DNA of 64,000 nt from Eledone cirrhosa (lineage: Eukaryota). Shown here in pieces: positions 42,801 to 57,800 of this stretch (the first letter of the stretch is position 1; each line of letters begins with the position of its first letter). The translations under genes and the position numbers were made by a program. The notes under the pieces were generated by a model. The model searched no databases. It was not told the origin of the DNA and saw only the letters and a list, made by a program, of their open reading frames with translations. The stretch is taken from the NCBI GenBank assembly GCA_964016885.1, contig OZ024745.1, positions 78,864,001 through 78,928,000 on the forward strand, read 5' to 3'.

Positions 42801-45800
42801 AGACTTATTGTGATGTTTATTATACAAAAACATATCACATTGCTTTCATATGCATCTCTATTACAAACCATGCTATATTAGTGCTATTACTATAACCAAA
42901 GTTGATGGACCAAGTAATGAAAGGGACAAAAAGAGCTTTAGCTAAACCAATTACAGAAAGAGTAAAATTAAAGGGGATACAGTTTGATTTTGTGCCAGAG
43001 AGGAGCATCACAAACAAACTTTTCTTAGTGAGACAACTATAAGAGGAGTTTCTAGCTAAATGTCAGTCACTATATCTAGCCTTTGTTGATCTGGAAAAGG
43101 CCTTTGACAGGTATCATGATCTGTCCTCTAGTGGTCCTTACAGAAACTAGGTTTCCCAGAATGGCATGTGAAAGCAGTGCAAACCATATACAGAGGCGGT
43201 GTCAGTAAAGTGAAAGCAAGTAACGAGTTTAGAGAGGAATTCAAAGAACAGTAGGTGTTCATCAAGGCTAAGTCCTCATCCGTCTCCTGTTTATTATAGT
43301 TCTCCAGAACATAACCGAGGAGTTAAGACAGGCTGCCCATGGGAACTTCTGCATGCTGACAACTTGGTTCTAATAGCTGAATCAGTGGAAGAGGTAGAGA
43401 AGGAATTCTAGGTTTGGAAACAAAACTTTAAGTCTAAAAAGCTTAAAGAAAACTTTGGAAAAACCAAAATTTTGCTAAGCAGGAAAGAAAGCAGGACCCT
43501 GATACCATCAAGAAAGCTGGAGCAAAAGATAGTAACTTTAGGGCAAAAGATAGTAACTTTAGGGCAAAAGATAGTAACTTTGTGGTAGAATAATGAGGTG
43601 GATAAGACAATTAAGTCCAAAATACAGGCATAGAAAACATGGCAAAATTACCAGGAAACTAGGAAAGAAGCTAGGCAACAAGTATATTTTGCAAGAAGAG
43701 AAGCCAAAAATAGAAAACTTAACCACATTTTACAACGTGAGGTATTAGGATTGTGAGGCAGTATGTCAAGGAAAACTCTGATGTTGTTGGAGAGAAGTGT
43801 GCCCGAGATGACAATGGTGCACTTGCCCTCACCAACACTGAAAAGAAAGTAACATAGACGAGCCATTGAGAGATACTGCTGAATGAGGAGAATGCATGGG
43901 AGAAAGATAGTCTGCGCCAAGTGAACCCAACAGAGGGACCAACCATGCAAGCCATAACAGAAGAGTTCAAAGCTGGTTGTCCATGGAAACTCCTGTGCTG
44001 ATGATCTAACCCTCATAGTTGAATCTATGTCAGAATTAGAGAAGAAATTCCTGACCGGGAAGTGTAGCTTGGAATCAAAAATACTTAAAGTTGACATGGC
44101 AAAGATTAAAGTCCTAGAAGTATAAAAGGAAAACAGGACCTTTGTTCTTTCAGGGAAATGGCTTTGCTCTGAGTGCTGGAAATGAGAGGGTACAAATTCC
44201 ATCTTTTGTCTCAAATGCAAACTATGGGTACACAAGAAATGTAGCAAGATCTCAAGCAGGCCAGCAAAGAAGATAGGTTTTATATGTTGTAGATGCACAG
44301 GAGAAGTAAGCTGCATGAGCTTACAGGAAACAAGCACCATCAAATGCTCAAAGAGCTCCATAGAAATAGTTGACAGTTTCTGTTATCTGGATGATCAAAT
44401 TAGCAGCAGAGGTGAGTGTTCTGAAAGTACAGTAGTCAGTGAGAACAGGATGGAAGAAGTTCAGAAAGCTACTACTGCTGCTAACCACAAAGGATTTTTT
44501 CCTCAAAATGAAAAGCAGATTGTACAATGCTTGTGTATGAACAGCAATGTTGCATGGAAGTGAGATCTGGGAACTGAGTGCAGAAGACCTCAGAAGATTG
44601 GAAAGATATGAGCCTTGTATGCTTCAATGGCTATGTAGGGTGCATGAACAACAAAGCGTAAATAAACTAAGAGAGAAACTGGGCATAAGAGGGATCAGAT
44701 GTGGCGTGTGTGTGTGTGTTAATTTTAGGTTTAATCAATTCATATAAGCAATATATCAATAATGTTTCTCAGTAAAAAGCTCAGAAAACAGTCGAGAATA
44801 TATGGTTTTCTCATCTGTGTAAATGAGGTGATTACAGACAAGAAAACCATATATTCTCAACAGTTTTCAAGTCCAGCAGTCGCAAGCGGTGGGAGGGACC
44901 GTCCTGATGCATAGAGGGCGTTAGCATAGCTATGGCTTCCTAAAACCGTGTTTCTTTAGAAATACGAAATTTATATACATATTTGTATAAAGCTATGCTT
45001 GAAGCGAAATCTTATTTCTCTTATATATATATACAGGGTGCGGACGATATCTGTTCGCAATTTTCAACTGCTAATTTTATGCAAATTTTTTTTACTTCCG
45101 TTGTCACTCTTCTCTTCATAAAGACAGTGACTATATTTCCATTATTTATTTTCAGAATAATTGATTATGAATAATTTTGAACCTCCAAATTTGTGAAAGA
45201 GACATGGAGTTCTTCTTGGAATCCGCACCTGGAGGACAAGACCAGAAGATCAACTCCCAGAACAACAGGTGGCTCACTGTCTTATCCAAAGACGTGCCCA
45301 GAGTCATGCAGACAAAGTTTCCAGCGACAACATTGGTCTTAGGTGTCGTCAGCAGTCAAGGTGACATCAAGCCACCTCACTTCTCTCCTGAGGGCCTCAA
45401 GCTGAACACCGATGGCTACATCCGTGTTCTGAGCGAAGTAGTAAAGCCCTGGATCGACTAGGTAGCTGCAAGTAGGCCGTACGTGTGGCAGCAAGACTCA
45501 GCGCCCTGCCATACCAGCCGAAAGACCCAAGCCTGGCTGTCAGAGAACTTTGTCGACCACACTTCACCTGACATCTGGCCTCCCAGCTCGCCTGACTGCA
45601 ACCCCTCGACTTCTTGGTGTGGGGCGCAGTGGAACGAGACACCAACAGATCTAGCTGCAATATGAAAGACGATCTGAAGGCCAGGATCACAAGTGCCTTT
45701 AGAGGCCTAAGTCAGGGGACAGTGACGAAGGCCTGTAGCCGGTTCCAAGGCCGCCTTGAGGCCGTCATCAAAGCCAATGGCGAGTTTATCGAGTGAGATC

Positions 45801-48800
45801 GAAAGAACAAGCCATGAAGACAAACTGACCCAAGTTTGATAAATATATCTTTAAAAATAAAACTACTGTGTTATTTTTTCCTAGATATCGTCCGCACCCT
45901 GTATATATATATGTATATGCATATATGTGTGTGTGTGTGTGTGTGTTAATAATAACAGTATTACTATTATTGGGTATAAACTTTCATGGTTTCAGTCCTT
46001 GGCTTGCAGCCATGCTGGAGCACTGCCTTAATTTATTTTCTTTCAGTTTTGTTGTAGTTTTATGGTTGGAAATTGGTCTGTAATTGAGTTTGTAGCAGCT
46101 GATCTTCCTTGGATGTATCCTTGAATAATTGGCTGGTCTGGAATCAACCAGGGCTTTTTTTATGACTTTTATATTTCTGATTTCCTTAGGTAGGCAGTTG
46201 AACACTTGATGCCCTCTAAATATCAGATTGATGCAGTAGAATGTTTTTACTTGCAATTTCAATGTTGCTGCATTTGGAAGCTAGTAGTTCATGCATTAAA
46301 ATCCATTTTAATGTTATGTTTGGAAATGGCTTTCTAGGATCTTCCATACATTTATAACAGTATATTACTCTCTTCGTCATTCATGAGTGTAGAGACCCAG
46401 AGCTTTCAAATGATCCCAGTAATTAAGGCCTTTGACTGAAGTTATTTTACTAGTGAAGACTTTCTGGAACCTTTCAATTTCTTCTATGAGACCGATGTGT
46501 TTGGAGACAAAAACTGTAACCAGTAATCTATTCTACTTTAAACTAAGGTTTTCCATCAAGTCAGCATGAGTACTGATTATCTTGTTACAAAGGTTCATAG
46601 GACCAATTCTATAAGGTGTCTGCTTCTTTAAACTGCATATGACCTCTCTTATGCCTAGTTTCTCTCTCAGTTCATTGATGATTTGTTGTTCAGGTACACT
46701 CATATTACATATTCATGCTTGCCTCATTTCTTTCCAATCTTTGTAGGTCCTCTGCACACAGAGCCCAAGTCCCATTTCCATGCAGCATTGCCATTCGCAT
46801 ACAAGTATCATATAATCTGCCTTTCATTTTAAGGAGAAAACCTTTTGTAACTAGCAGTGGTAGTAGCTCCCAGAACTTTTTCCATTCCTTTCTCACTCTG
46901 GCTACTGTACTTTCAGAACAATCACCTCCAATGATAATTTGGTCACCCAGATAACAGAAGCTGTCAACTACTTCTAGAGAGCCTTCTGAGCATTTGATAG
47001 AGCTTGCTTCATGTGGGCTCTTGTTGCTTACTGCTCCTGTGCACATACCACACACAAAGACTACATTATTTACTAGCCAGCCTGAGATCCCTCTACATCT
47101 CTTGTGTACTCATAGTTTGCATTTGAAACATAGAATAGAATTTTTACCCACTCATTTCCTGCATATTGAGCAAAGCTATTTCCCTGAAGGGATCAGGGTC
47201 TTCTTTACTGTCTTTGCCAAGTTAATTTTAAGACCTTTTGATTCCAAATTTTGATAGTGTCTGGAATTCCTTCTCAGATTTGGCTATAATGACTAGATCA
47301 TTGGTATATAGGAATTCCCATAAGCAACCATTTTTAACTTTCTGTGTTATAGCCTGGAGGATAATAATAAACAGAAAAGAGCTGAGAACAGATCTCTAGT
47401 GGACCCCCACTGGCACATTAAATTCCTCATTATACTCATTTTTAATTCTAACCTTGCTGACTGCTCCTCCGTTCATGGCTTGTGGTGTCCTCGCAAACCA
47501 CTCATCTACCCCCAGTTTTCAAATACATTCATAAGCTTCAAATGGCCATGATATTTGGAACCTTCAAAATTTGTAAAACATTCTTACGATTCAAAGGATG
47601 GATGCTTACACAAGAGACAAAGATAATTTCCATTCTTTACAATCTTGCCATCGAAAAGGTGGCTAGTAAAAAATACACTAAAAATTAAGAGAGAACATAC
47701 ATACACACACATGCATGCACACACATACATGCATATTTTTTATTATGGCTAATAGAAGACATTAGCATAAAATATTTTAGTAAACTTACGCAAATCTATT
47801 GCTAGTTGGTTCCAAATATCTCGTGGATGGACAGATTCAATTATGTCTCCAATGCAATGTTTTATCATTTCTTCAGAGTAACGTTGGCTTTTACCCTCCT
47901 CTTCAGGTATATAGGCTGCAGAAGGAATCTCTGAAGGAGGAAACTCTGTAGAAGTAGAAGGTATTTTTATTACTTTACATTTATTTTTGTCCATGATAGT
48001 GTGAGAGAAGGTTTATTAGGGCAATTTCATTTTCTAAAATGTCTATTTTCCATGATAGCATGGATTAGACAGGATATCATGTATTGGTCAGATGTCCATA
48101 TGTCCATATGTCCTGTCCATATGTCCTGTTTTGGGTTTAGTTTCTATAGCTGCATGCCCTTCTTAATGGCAACCATTTTACTGTGACTCTGGCACTATCG
48201 CCTTACAGGGTCAACTGAGATAATTTTACCACAACTCTGGCATTACCACTTTACAGGGTAAACTGAGATCATTTTACCACAACTCTGGCACTACCACCTT
48301 ACAACATGGACCAGGATCATTTTACTGTAATTGTTGTATTACCCCCCTTACAACACGGACCAGGACCACTTTACCACAACTCTGACACTACAACCTTACA
48401 GGGTGAACTGGGATCATTTTACTGTGACCCGGTGTATGATAAGTATTGACAAGTAATTATAAGTTATTGGAGGGTACATGGCTTAGTGGTTAACCTGATC
48501 ATCTCTCAGTCATAAGTTTATGAGTTTGATTCCTTGTGGTGCCTTGTCTCCTTGAGCAAGACACTATATTTCGCATTGCTCCAATCTTCTCATCTGGCAA
48601 AAGTGAATTGTACTTATAGTTCACAAACCCTGCCTTGTCACACACTGTGTCATGGTGTATTCCCTTGAAAACTACATAGAATATGTATGTGTATATATAT
48701 ATATTTATCATCGTCATCATTTAACGTCCATTTTCCACACTAGAATGGGTAGGATAGGATGTCTCTTTGGGAGAGATCAGGTCGGAGGACAATGTTTCGC

Positions 48801-51800
48801 TCACACAGGGCTGATTTTGGCTTGGTTTCTACAGCTAGATGCCTTTCCTAACGCCATATATATATATATATATATATATATGCATACCTATACATATATA
48901 TATATATATATGTATATATCATCCTCATCATCACCATTTTATGTCCATTCTTCCATGCTAGCATGGGTTAGATGAGTTGTCCTGTTGTGAGCAATGCTAG
49001 ATCAGGTGACTATGTCTTGCTCATACAGAACTGATTTTGGCTTGGTTTGAACAACTGGATGCCCTTCCTAATGCCAACCTCATTTACAGTGAGTACTGGG
49101 TGTATTTTTGTCATGACGTCTATACAACCACTTTACAGTGTGGACTGGGTGCAAACAAACTGAGAGAGAAATTGGACATAAGAGGAATGAGATGCAGTGT
49201 GCAGGAGAGCAGATTGCATTGGTATGGACATGTGATGCATATGAAGGATGACAGTGGTACAAAAATGTGCAGAGCACTGAAAGTTGATGGAAACCATGGA
49301 GTGGGAAGACCCAGGAAGACTTGAGATGAAGTGATAAAAGCTGACCTTTCTCAATTGTACCTCTCAAAGGTGATGACACAGACCGAGATCTCTGGCATTA
49401 TGCAGTAATACAGAAGACCCACCTTACCAGGAGTACAGGCTGAAGCATACACCACCTTCACCTCCACCCTACTCTTCCATACACCTCCCTTAAGCACAGG
49501 CTGAAGCATACATCTAGTGCACCCCACCCCACTCTCTTCCACTTACCTTCTTATGATTCTGCTAAATCTAGGATACCTTAGACTGAGTAGACAAGAATTG
49601 TTTTCTCTTGCCTTTCTCTAGCTAAGATGGAGAAATTGAATTTTCCATTTTGAACTACTGAAACACTTGCAAATTGTAGAGTACTCCTTATTCTGAAAAC
49701 AAGATAGGATGGACATGGCTGGCTAGAATATCTTTGATTATATTTCTACGCAATTAGGACTGACCTGGTGCTAAATATTGATTTCCAATTTAGACACAAA
49801 GCCAGCAAATTTTGGGGAAGAGCAAAGTTGATTAAATAAGACTTCGCTGATACTTTATTTTATTAACCCTGGAAAGATGAAAAGCAAAGTTGACCTCAGT
49901 AGGAATTGAATACAGAATGTGAAAAGCCAGAACAAACTCTGCAATGGCATTTTATCCATTCTGCCAGTCCACTACCCTGGTGCTAAATATCAGCAGCAGT
50001 AGCATCCTCATTATTGTGATTTCATTTAACATCAATTTTCCTAAGCTAACATGACTTGCAACTTTTCTCAGAAGTTTAATGTTCCTAGGTTTGCCCTGAT
50101 TATTTCTTCCCATGTCTTTATTTGTTTACTTGTGCTTGTGATACCTTCCATAAATTACACAAAGCACCTTCTCACCATCTTGCACTTTCCATTCACATTA
50201 TATTTTTAAACCAGCACAATCAGTTTAACTATGTGAACTGTTGATACCCTTTTTATACCTAAAGCAAAAAACAATAAACAAAAGCATCATAAAAGATTTA
50301 AGTGAAAAAAATAAAAATTTCTCTTACTAGCTTCCATATCTTTCAATAAATCTTCTCTGTCCATGAGTTTAAAGCATTTAGTGAGGTGTGTTATCAAAGA
50401 TGACAAGGGACAAGGAAAATATGCTAATAATAAAATAGCAGCTGAATAGATTCCTTCATTTTCATTACAACATTTTATTTCTTCCAGCTGATCTTCTGTT
50501 ATAACTTGTATAGATTTCAAATTGGTTGCAAATGCAGTAACATTTAATCGATCTTCAGTAAATATACTGCTGAACATAAGAAACATTTTACAGTAGGAAT
50601 TAACATTTTCTGTTTGACTATCTATAAATTCATAGAGCTTGCATATGGAATTAAATTCTGAAATATAGAAAAGATTAAACAATCAAATAAACAGGTGAAA
50701 ATTTGAAGAAATAAGAAGAAAATTAAATTGACAATTTATTATTTGGGATTATTTTAATCAAACAAAAAGTGAGAGAAAGAAGTTCCTGAGTTCAAATCCA
50801 CTGCAAGCATTTCTTTATATTTTCTTATGATTCTCCTAATTGTTGAGAATAGACAGTAGAGCTTCTGAGAGTATCATTAGCAATAGACTGGCATCTTATC
50901 CAAAGAGAAACAGATTTATAACTCATCCTTTTCATGAGATGAAACTAAAGCTAAGTACCAATCACAAAGGGAACATTATTTATTCTAATCAGACCCATAG
51001 AAACTCCAAATTCCATAAATGTTCTTACTTTTATTTTGGTACATAAATGTATATATTCTCATAACAATTTTTTCATTATGTCAAAGATCTTTTTGGATAA
51101 TGAGCCTGATAATAGATCAAGGATATTGAAACAATAGGATTTAGCTAACATATAAAGTTAGTAACAATATGATCAATACTGGTCTTTTCTAGCTTTGCTA
51201 CAAGAGGATCCGTGAGTCCAGTGTGCTGTTCAACATGCAGTAGCTGTAAACAGCACCCTTCAACCTAATGTGTCAATTTAATATTGTTGAAAACGCTTTC
51301 GTGGTCGGTGAATAATACTGAAACCACCTTTATATATAAGACAATAACAAAAGAACTCTTGCATAGTCACTTTATTCTGTACACAGGTTCATTGTTTATC
51401 AACATGCTACAGATCATTCAAGCTCACCATTGAGAAATAAATATTGTAAATCACACTATAATTAAGGCAATAGTTCAAAAGTTTATCTCCAATTCCCAAA
51501 GCGTTCCAATGAGGACAGGATCTGACTTTTTCTACCATGTTGTATGGTTCAACTACAACTTATTCTAATGCCATCCTCTCAGATGTTGACCTCTTCTTAG
51601 AACATTTCTCAAATTAAGCAATTATTTTTAATTCATATTTTCTCTTTATACCCAATTCTTTTCTAGAGTTCTTTGATATTCTGCCTGCTGTTCTTTGTTC
51701 AGATTACTTTTTCACACTTCTCTCTCTTTCAATGTTATCACATATAATCAGCTTCCTATTTACTGTCTATGTTTCTCTTTGCATCAGTTAATTATCTCTT

Positions 51801-54800
51801 TGATACTGTGGGTATCTTACACAGTCATGTTGACATTTTCCATATTGATTTTGTCTCAAATTTGCTTATATTTTCTGTCATTGTTCTTATCTCATCCTTT
51901 GCCTGTATTGCCTCATTATTTTTCTTGGTGCTTCAAGACTAACTTCTGACCATAATAAAGATTGTTTAAGTGTAATATGACAATAAAATTCACAGAATAA
52001 AACTTTGCCTTTCCTAATGATGGATTTGAAATGAATAATTGAAAGATGTTAGGTCTTTTTATCATTTGTAATAATAAATAATGATGCATCTGAATAATGA
52101 TTTAAAGATAGTAGATCAATTTATCCTTTATATTAAAAAGATATAAACTTTCAATTTTCAAACAGGGAAATGCTTTCACTTTTTAAACTAGAAGGTTATT
52201 GAAATATTAAATAAGAATAAAGTTTGCAGAAGAGAAGAAAGATAATAGCAAAAGAAACTGAATACCTTCCTTACTTATCTACTGCCCGATAAAAGTAAAA
52301 GTGTTTACCTTGACAAAAGTGAAGACATGTTTTGCTTCACAAAAAAAAAAGTGGAAATGTTTTCCTAGAAAATGATTTTAACTGTAATGATTTAGCAGAA
52401 AATATCTAAAAACAAGTTTGTTAATTCAAATATTTATAGTATCTTTACTAGTGGACAGTTCATTATGAAAATTAGTAGTTCAACTAAAACAAAGACATTA
52501 ATTTTGAGTGTGATGCAGTCATAGTGCTGCTTTGTAGGTTTCAAAAATTTCTTGCCAATGCAGTTTCATGCAATACAAGATGTTAAGAGTTAAGAAATGA
52601 GTGTTTTGTAAGAGAATGAAATTATGAAGGAATAAAGATAATGATTATTAAATTAAATAGTGGACAGTACAGTGCTGGCTAGATACTATAAATCAACCAG
52701 GATGATAAAACCATATTTCATTGGTGCTCTTACTATTAATTATCCCTGTGCATTTGCCATACACAACAACTTTTATTGTTAGCCTGTCTGTGAGACCACT
52801 ACATCTCGTGTATACCCATTGTTTACACTGAGAGCACTGTATGGAATTTTTTGTCTAAACCTTCCACGGATTTGGCTGAATATAATAGGTCATCAACATA
52901 TAGGAGTTCCCCCAGATAGCTAATCTTAAACTTCTCTATTATGGTTTAGAGAACTATAATAAACAGGAGTGTGCTGAGAACTGAGCCTTGATGAAATCCC
53001 AACTGCACAGTGAATTCCTCACTAAATTCGTTGCCTGCTCTCACTTTTCTGGCAGTAACTCTGTATATGGTTTGCACTGCTCTCACAAACTATTCATTTA
53101 CTCCAAGATTTTCTTAAAGACCACTAAACAACAGATAGTAGTAGTCTGTCAAAGGCCATCTCCAGATCAATGAAAGTTAAATATAACATCTTATAAATAG
53201 CCAAGAACCTCTCTTGTCAACTTCATTAGCTGGTCCCTCTGCAGAATCCACTGGGAGCAGTTCTTTTTCCTTTCAGGCATTCTTCACATTCCAGGCCTCT
53301 TTCTTCTGAGCAACAGTGAGGCTATGTACACCAGTGTTGTTCTCAACACACTTTTCCCCCAACATCTTGATTTACAGATACACTGCTTTGAAATCTAGGA
53401 CATCTTATGTCTTTCATCCTATGATTGCAGAACATTGGCAAACCTCTTGCTTACAGCTTGTCTCCATGATATGTAAGCCTGCTATCTAGCTTCTGTTCTA
53501 GGTACTTGATATTGTTCTTTGCTGTCCCCCTTTCATGCAGTATTTCCTAGTTTGTCTATTAGTTTTATGGCTCTATTTAGAGTACTATTCCACCATCAAA
53601 GCAGCTTTTTTTCTGGCTGGAATCTTGTTCCAACCACAGATCTCATCAGTGGCCCACAGCATGTTATCATGTAGAAAATCTATATCAAATATAGCTATCT
53701 CCTCCCCACCCCTATTTTTATCATAAGCATCACACAGAACTTTTTCTGAATTTATATTTAACTGAGGAATCTTTTAGTGACCACACCCTACTTCTGCAGA
53801 TTGTTTTGTGTCTCTGAGTATGTTGCTACTAACTAGTTTAAGTTGGGTGGTACATTCTTCTCTGAGAAAATACTTAGTATTCACAATCATCTGTCTATCC
53901 CATTTTCTAATGAATATGAAGTGAATCTGGCTTGCAAGTTTTTCCTGATTCATAATTGGTAGGTTTTCCTGAAGTTAATGTTTCAGATGATTTGGTCATT
54001 CACATGATCCTTGATCACTTTTCAATTTCTCAAGCTATATATATAGCCACCATTTACTCCAGGGTAGCCATCTTAGTACTGTTCAACATGCCTATTACAC
54101 CCACCAGCCAAGATGATGAAGTTAGTCATTTGTTATTGAGGTGGTTTGCAAGAGGTCTTTAAAGAAATTGTCCTTTTTTTTCTTTAATTAGCCTTGATTG
54201 TAGTGCATTAAATAAAGATAGGTGGTGTCATTTTATTGCCTAAGTCTAATCTGAGCTTGATAATTCAGATACATACTACCTTATAGCTTCCTTTTTTTTT
54301 TTTTTTTATACCTGAGAGGATGAAAACATGGCTGAGTTAAGAAGTCTATTTTGCAAACATGTGGTCTTGAGTTTCATCCCATTACATTGCATCTTGGCAA
54401 GTCTTTTTACCAAAGATTCAGGTCAATTCACACCTTGTGAATGAAATTAGGTAGATGGAAACTGTGGAAGACCATTGGATGAATTGTAGCAGTAATTGAA
54501 AGATCTAGCATTGTTACATATAGTGTCATGCTACTCAACCACTTCTAAGTTAATTCACAAGTCAAGTGTATTAGTGATTGAATGATTGAATGCTCATCAT
54601 CAAAACTCTCAGAGGATTCACTATCATCCTCATCTAAAATGAGTGTGTGATCTCTTGATGATGGCTAAAAGATTCTCATATATATGGTTGGGCATTTCCA
54701 CCTAGCCACCCAACTACTGTACAGAGCACTAACATGGTTAGTGTTAGCCCTGTATACACAATTATAGTTTATCATTTTAGCTATGCTTTCCATAGTTTTA

Positions 54801-57800
54801 TTTGCTGGATTCCCCTCCTGTCACCAATCGCTTTACAACATGGACGAGCATTTTATCTTGGTACCATCATTAGAGAGGTTGTCTCACAAGACTTAAGTGT
54901 CCTCCCTACACTGTATCAATTCTTATTCAGTTCCTCCTTTCCTAGAAAAGTTGCATTTGCTAGAGTTTACAATGTCCATGCCTACCCTATACATATACAT
55001 AAATGGATCTTTGTCTTCATACAACATTATCATCATCATCATCATCGTCGTTTTAGCGTCTGCTTTTCCCCGTTTGCATGGGTTGGACAGGTCTTTTTCA
55101 GCATCTCTCCACTCACTGCATTTCTTTGTCATCTCCTTTGTGAGTCTCAGTGATTTGAAGTCAGCTCTCACCACTTCTGTCTAGGTCTTTCCCAGTTAAC
55201 CTCCACTGCAGCTTCCATCCACTGGCATTTGCTGGCACCTCTTCACCCATCAATCATCACTCATACGCATCACAAGTCCGTACCAACGCAATCTTCTCTC
55301 TAAACTTCTTCCATCCTATCCTTATTCTAGTTATTATGTTCTCAGAACACCCTCCTCCACTGATGATTAAGTCACCTTGATAGCAGAAGCTATCAACCAC
55401 TTCTATGGATCCTCTCAGAATAGGTTTATATCACTGCAGTTCGTCTCTTTGATTTCTCCTGTACATCTACATACAAAGTCTTCCTTTCCTGTTAGTCTAC
55501 CTGTTAACCCACTACATTTCTTGTGTACCCAGGATTTACATTGTATAAGAAAAAAATCATCTGCATATAAAAGGTCCCATAGACAGCCACTTATAAACTC
55601 CTCTGTTATGGCCTGGAGAACTATGATGAACAGCAGTGGGCTAAGAACCAAACCTTGATGAACTCCTTCCTGTACCTTGAATTCCTCTTTCTTTTGGGCA
55701 TCTGTAGTGTTAAGTGACCAGTGTCATTTCTAACACATTTTTCCCCAACATCTTGATTGACACTAACACACTGCCTTGCAATGCGAAACACTTCCCATGC
55801 ATAGAAAAAAAATTGATTAATTAATTAAATAATTAATCAACAGAACTTTCACTTTTTGCCCACAAAAATACTTTCATTTGTCCTTCTTCCCCTTTCAGAA
55901 AAACACTTTTACATTTTACTAAAGATCTGACTTTTTTTTTGCAAAGGAAAACATTTTCACATTTTGATTCCCTTTGAAGCATAACATACTAATACATACC
56001 ATGACAAGTAAAATATTATAGATTTTATAACCTGAATAAAATCAGACCATCAAACAGAACTACATAGCCTAAGAGAATAATAATTATACAAAAGAAATAT
56101 GAAATTCACAGCTTTATTTCATTAAAACACATTTTTGGTCATGTGAGCAGTGATACTGGTTGTCATCTATATATATAAAACTGAGGATGTCTGTCTATGT
56201 GAGTTTGAATCCCTAAAACTCGAGAACCACCCAACCGACTGTTTTCAAACTTTATATATGTAATACTTATGTTTCAGGGAGTGTTCTGAGCAAAAATAAA
56301 ATTCAAATTTCCAATGCCCTAGGGACCACATTAGGCGATTTAGCGATCTCTTTCTATAATTCTTAGTCTTTCTTTTTTTAGATAGATACATACATATAAC
56401 GTCGCGCCCTTATAATATCTGTCTGTATGTCTGGCTGTCTGCATTACGTCACTTCCCTGAGGATGTCTGTCTGTGTGTGTGTGTGTGTCTGTGAGTTTGA
56501 ATCCCTAAAACTCGAGAAGTACCCAACCGATTTTTTTCAAACTTTACATGTGTATTACTTATGTTTCAGGGAGTATTATGCACATAAAAACATTTTGATC
56601 TCCTAGGGCCCGCATTAGGTGAAAACCTGCGTTTTTTAAGCTTTTTAGGGTTTTTTTGAGGCGTTACATCAGACCGATTTCCTTGAAATTGAAACTATGT
56701 ATTAGTCAGTCTCTTCTTCATACCGTGAGCAAAGAAAATCCAACTTTTTTATGGCCTAGGGCCCACATTAGGGGAAAAACTTCATTTTTTCAGCTTTTTA
56801 GGGCTTTTTGGAGGTGTTACATCTAGCCGATTGTCCTGAAATTTCAAAGCATATTATGCACATAAAAAAAATTCATTTTCTTGATCCCCTAGGGCCCGAT
56901 TAGGAGAAAACCTGCATTTTTCCTGCTTCGTTGAGGAAAATCTTAAAGATTATCCAGCCATCAGAGTATTCGGTTTATTTTCTTTACATACTGTCCAGGC
57001 ATGCAGTATTTCCATGATTATGTCTGTTGGCGGCCTGCGTTCCAAAATACCTTATCCCGTGCAACGCCGGGTACCACTTCTAGTATGAAATAAAAGCATC
57101 ATAAAACTAGTGACTCAACTCCAAAACACCATGATTAAGGGAACCCAAAATGGTAAGTAACAAACAAATTATAATAAATGTGACTTAATTTGTTTTTAAC
57201 AGACTTGTATTCAATCCAGTGCAAGATTTATTTAAAGCTACTAAAACTTCAATTGAACACTAGTGCTTAAGAATCACTCAGAGCATCTGCAGATATTTTG
57301 TATAGTTTTTTTTTTTTTAGTAAATGCCTCTCTGTACATAGCTTTGAAACTAGTGAAAATATGATAACTAGTTGATAGCAATTCTCATAGCCCTTTGGGT
57401 CATACAACAAACATAAGAATTAATAATAGTTTCTAATTTTGGCACAAGGCTGCCGATTTTAAGGGAAGGGACAGTCGATTACATCAACCCTAGTACATGA
57501 CTGGTACTTTATTTTATTGAACCTGGAAGGATGAAAGGCAAAGTTGACTTCAGCAGATTTGAACTCAGAATGTAAAGGGCCATGATTAAATGCTGCAATG
57601 CATTTTTCTTGACACTTTAACAATTCTATCAATTCACCACCCTCTTAAGAATTAATAAAAAATATATAGTTTTTTTGGAAGTTGTAAATTAAGTAGTAAT
57701 AATTGTTTCTACTTTTATTAAGTAGTAATAATAAAAACTGAACTGTTGACCTTTCACTGACTGAGAGTCTACCAACCAGTTAAAGTTCTCTTGATGAAAT

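Noticed and set aside
43648-44361. 237-aa minus-strand ORF (likewise 6486..7214 and 7624..8205)
   Set aside because: Antisense shadows of LINE coding sequence.
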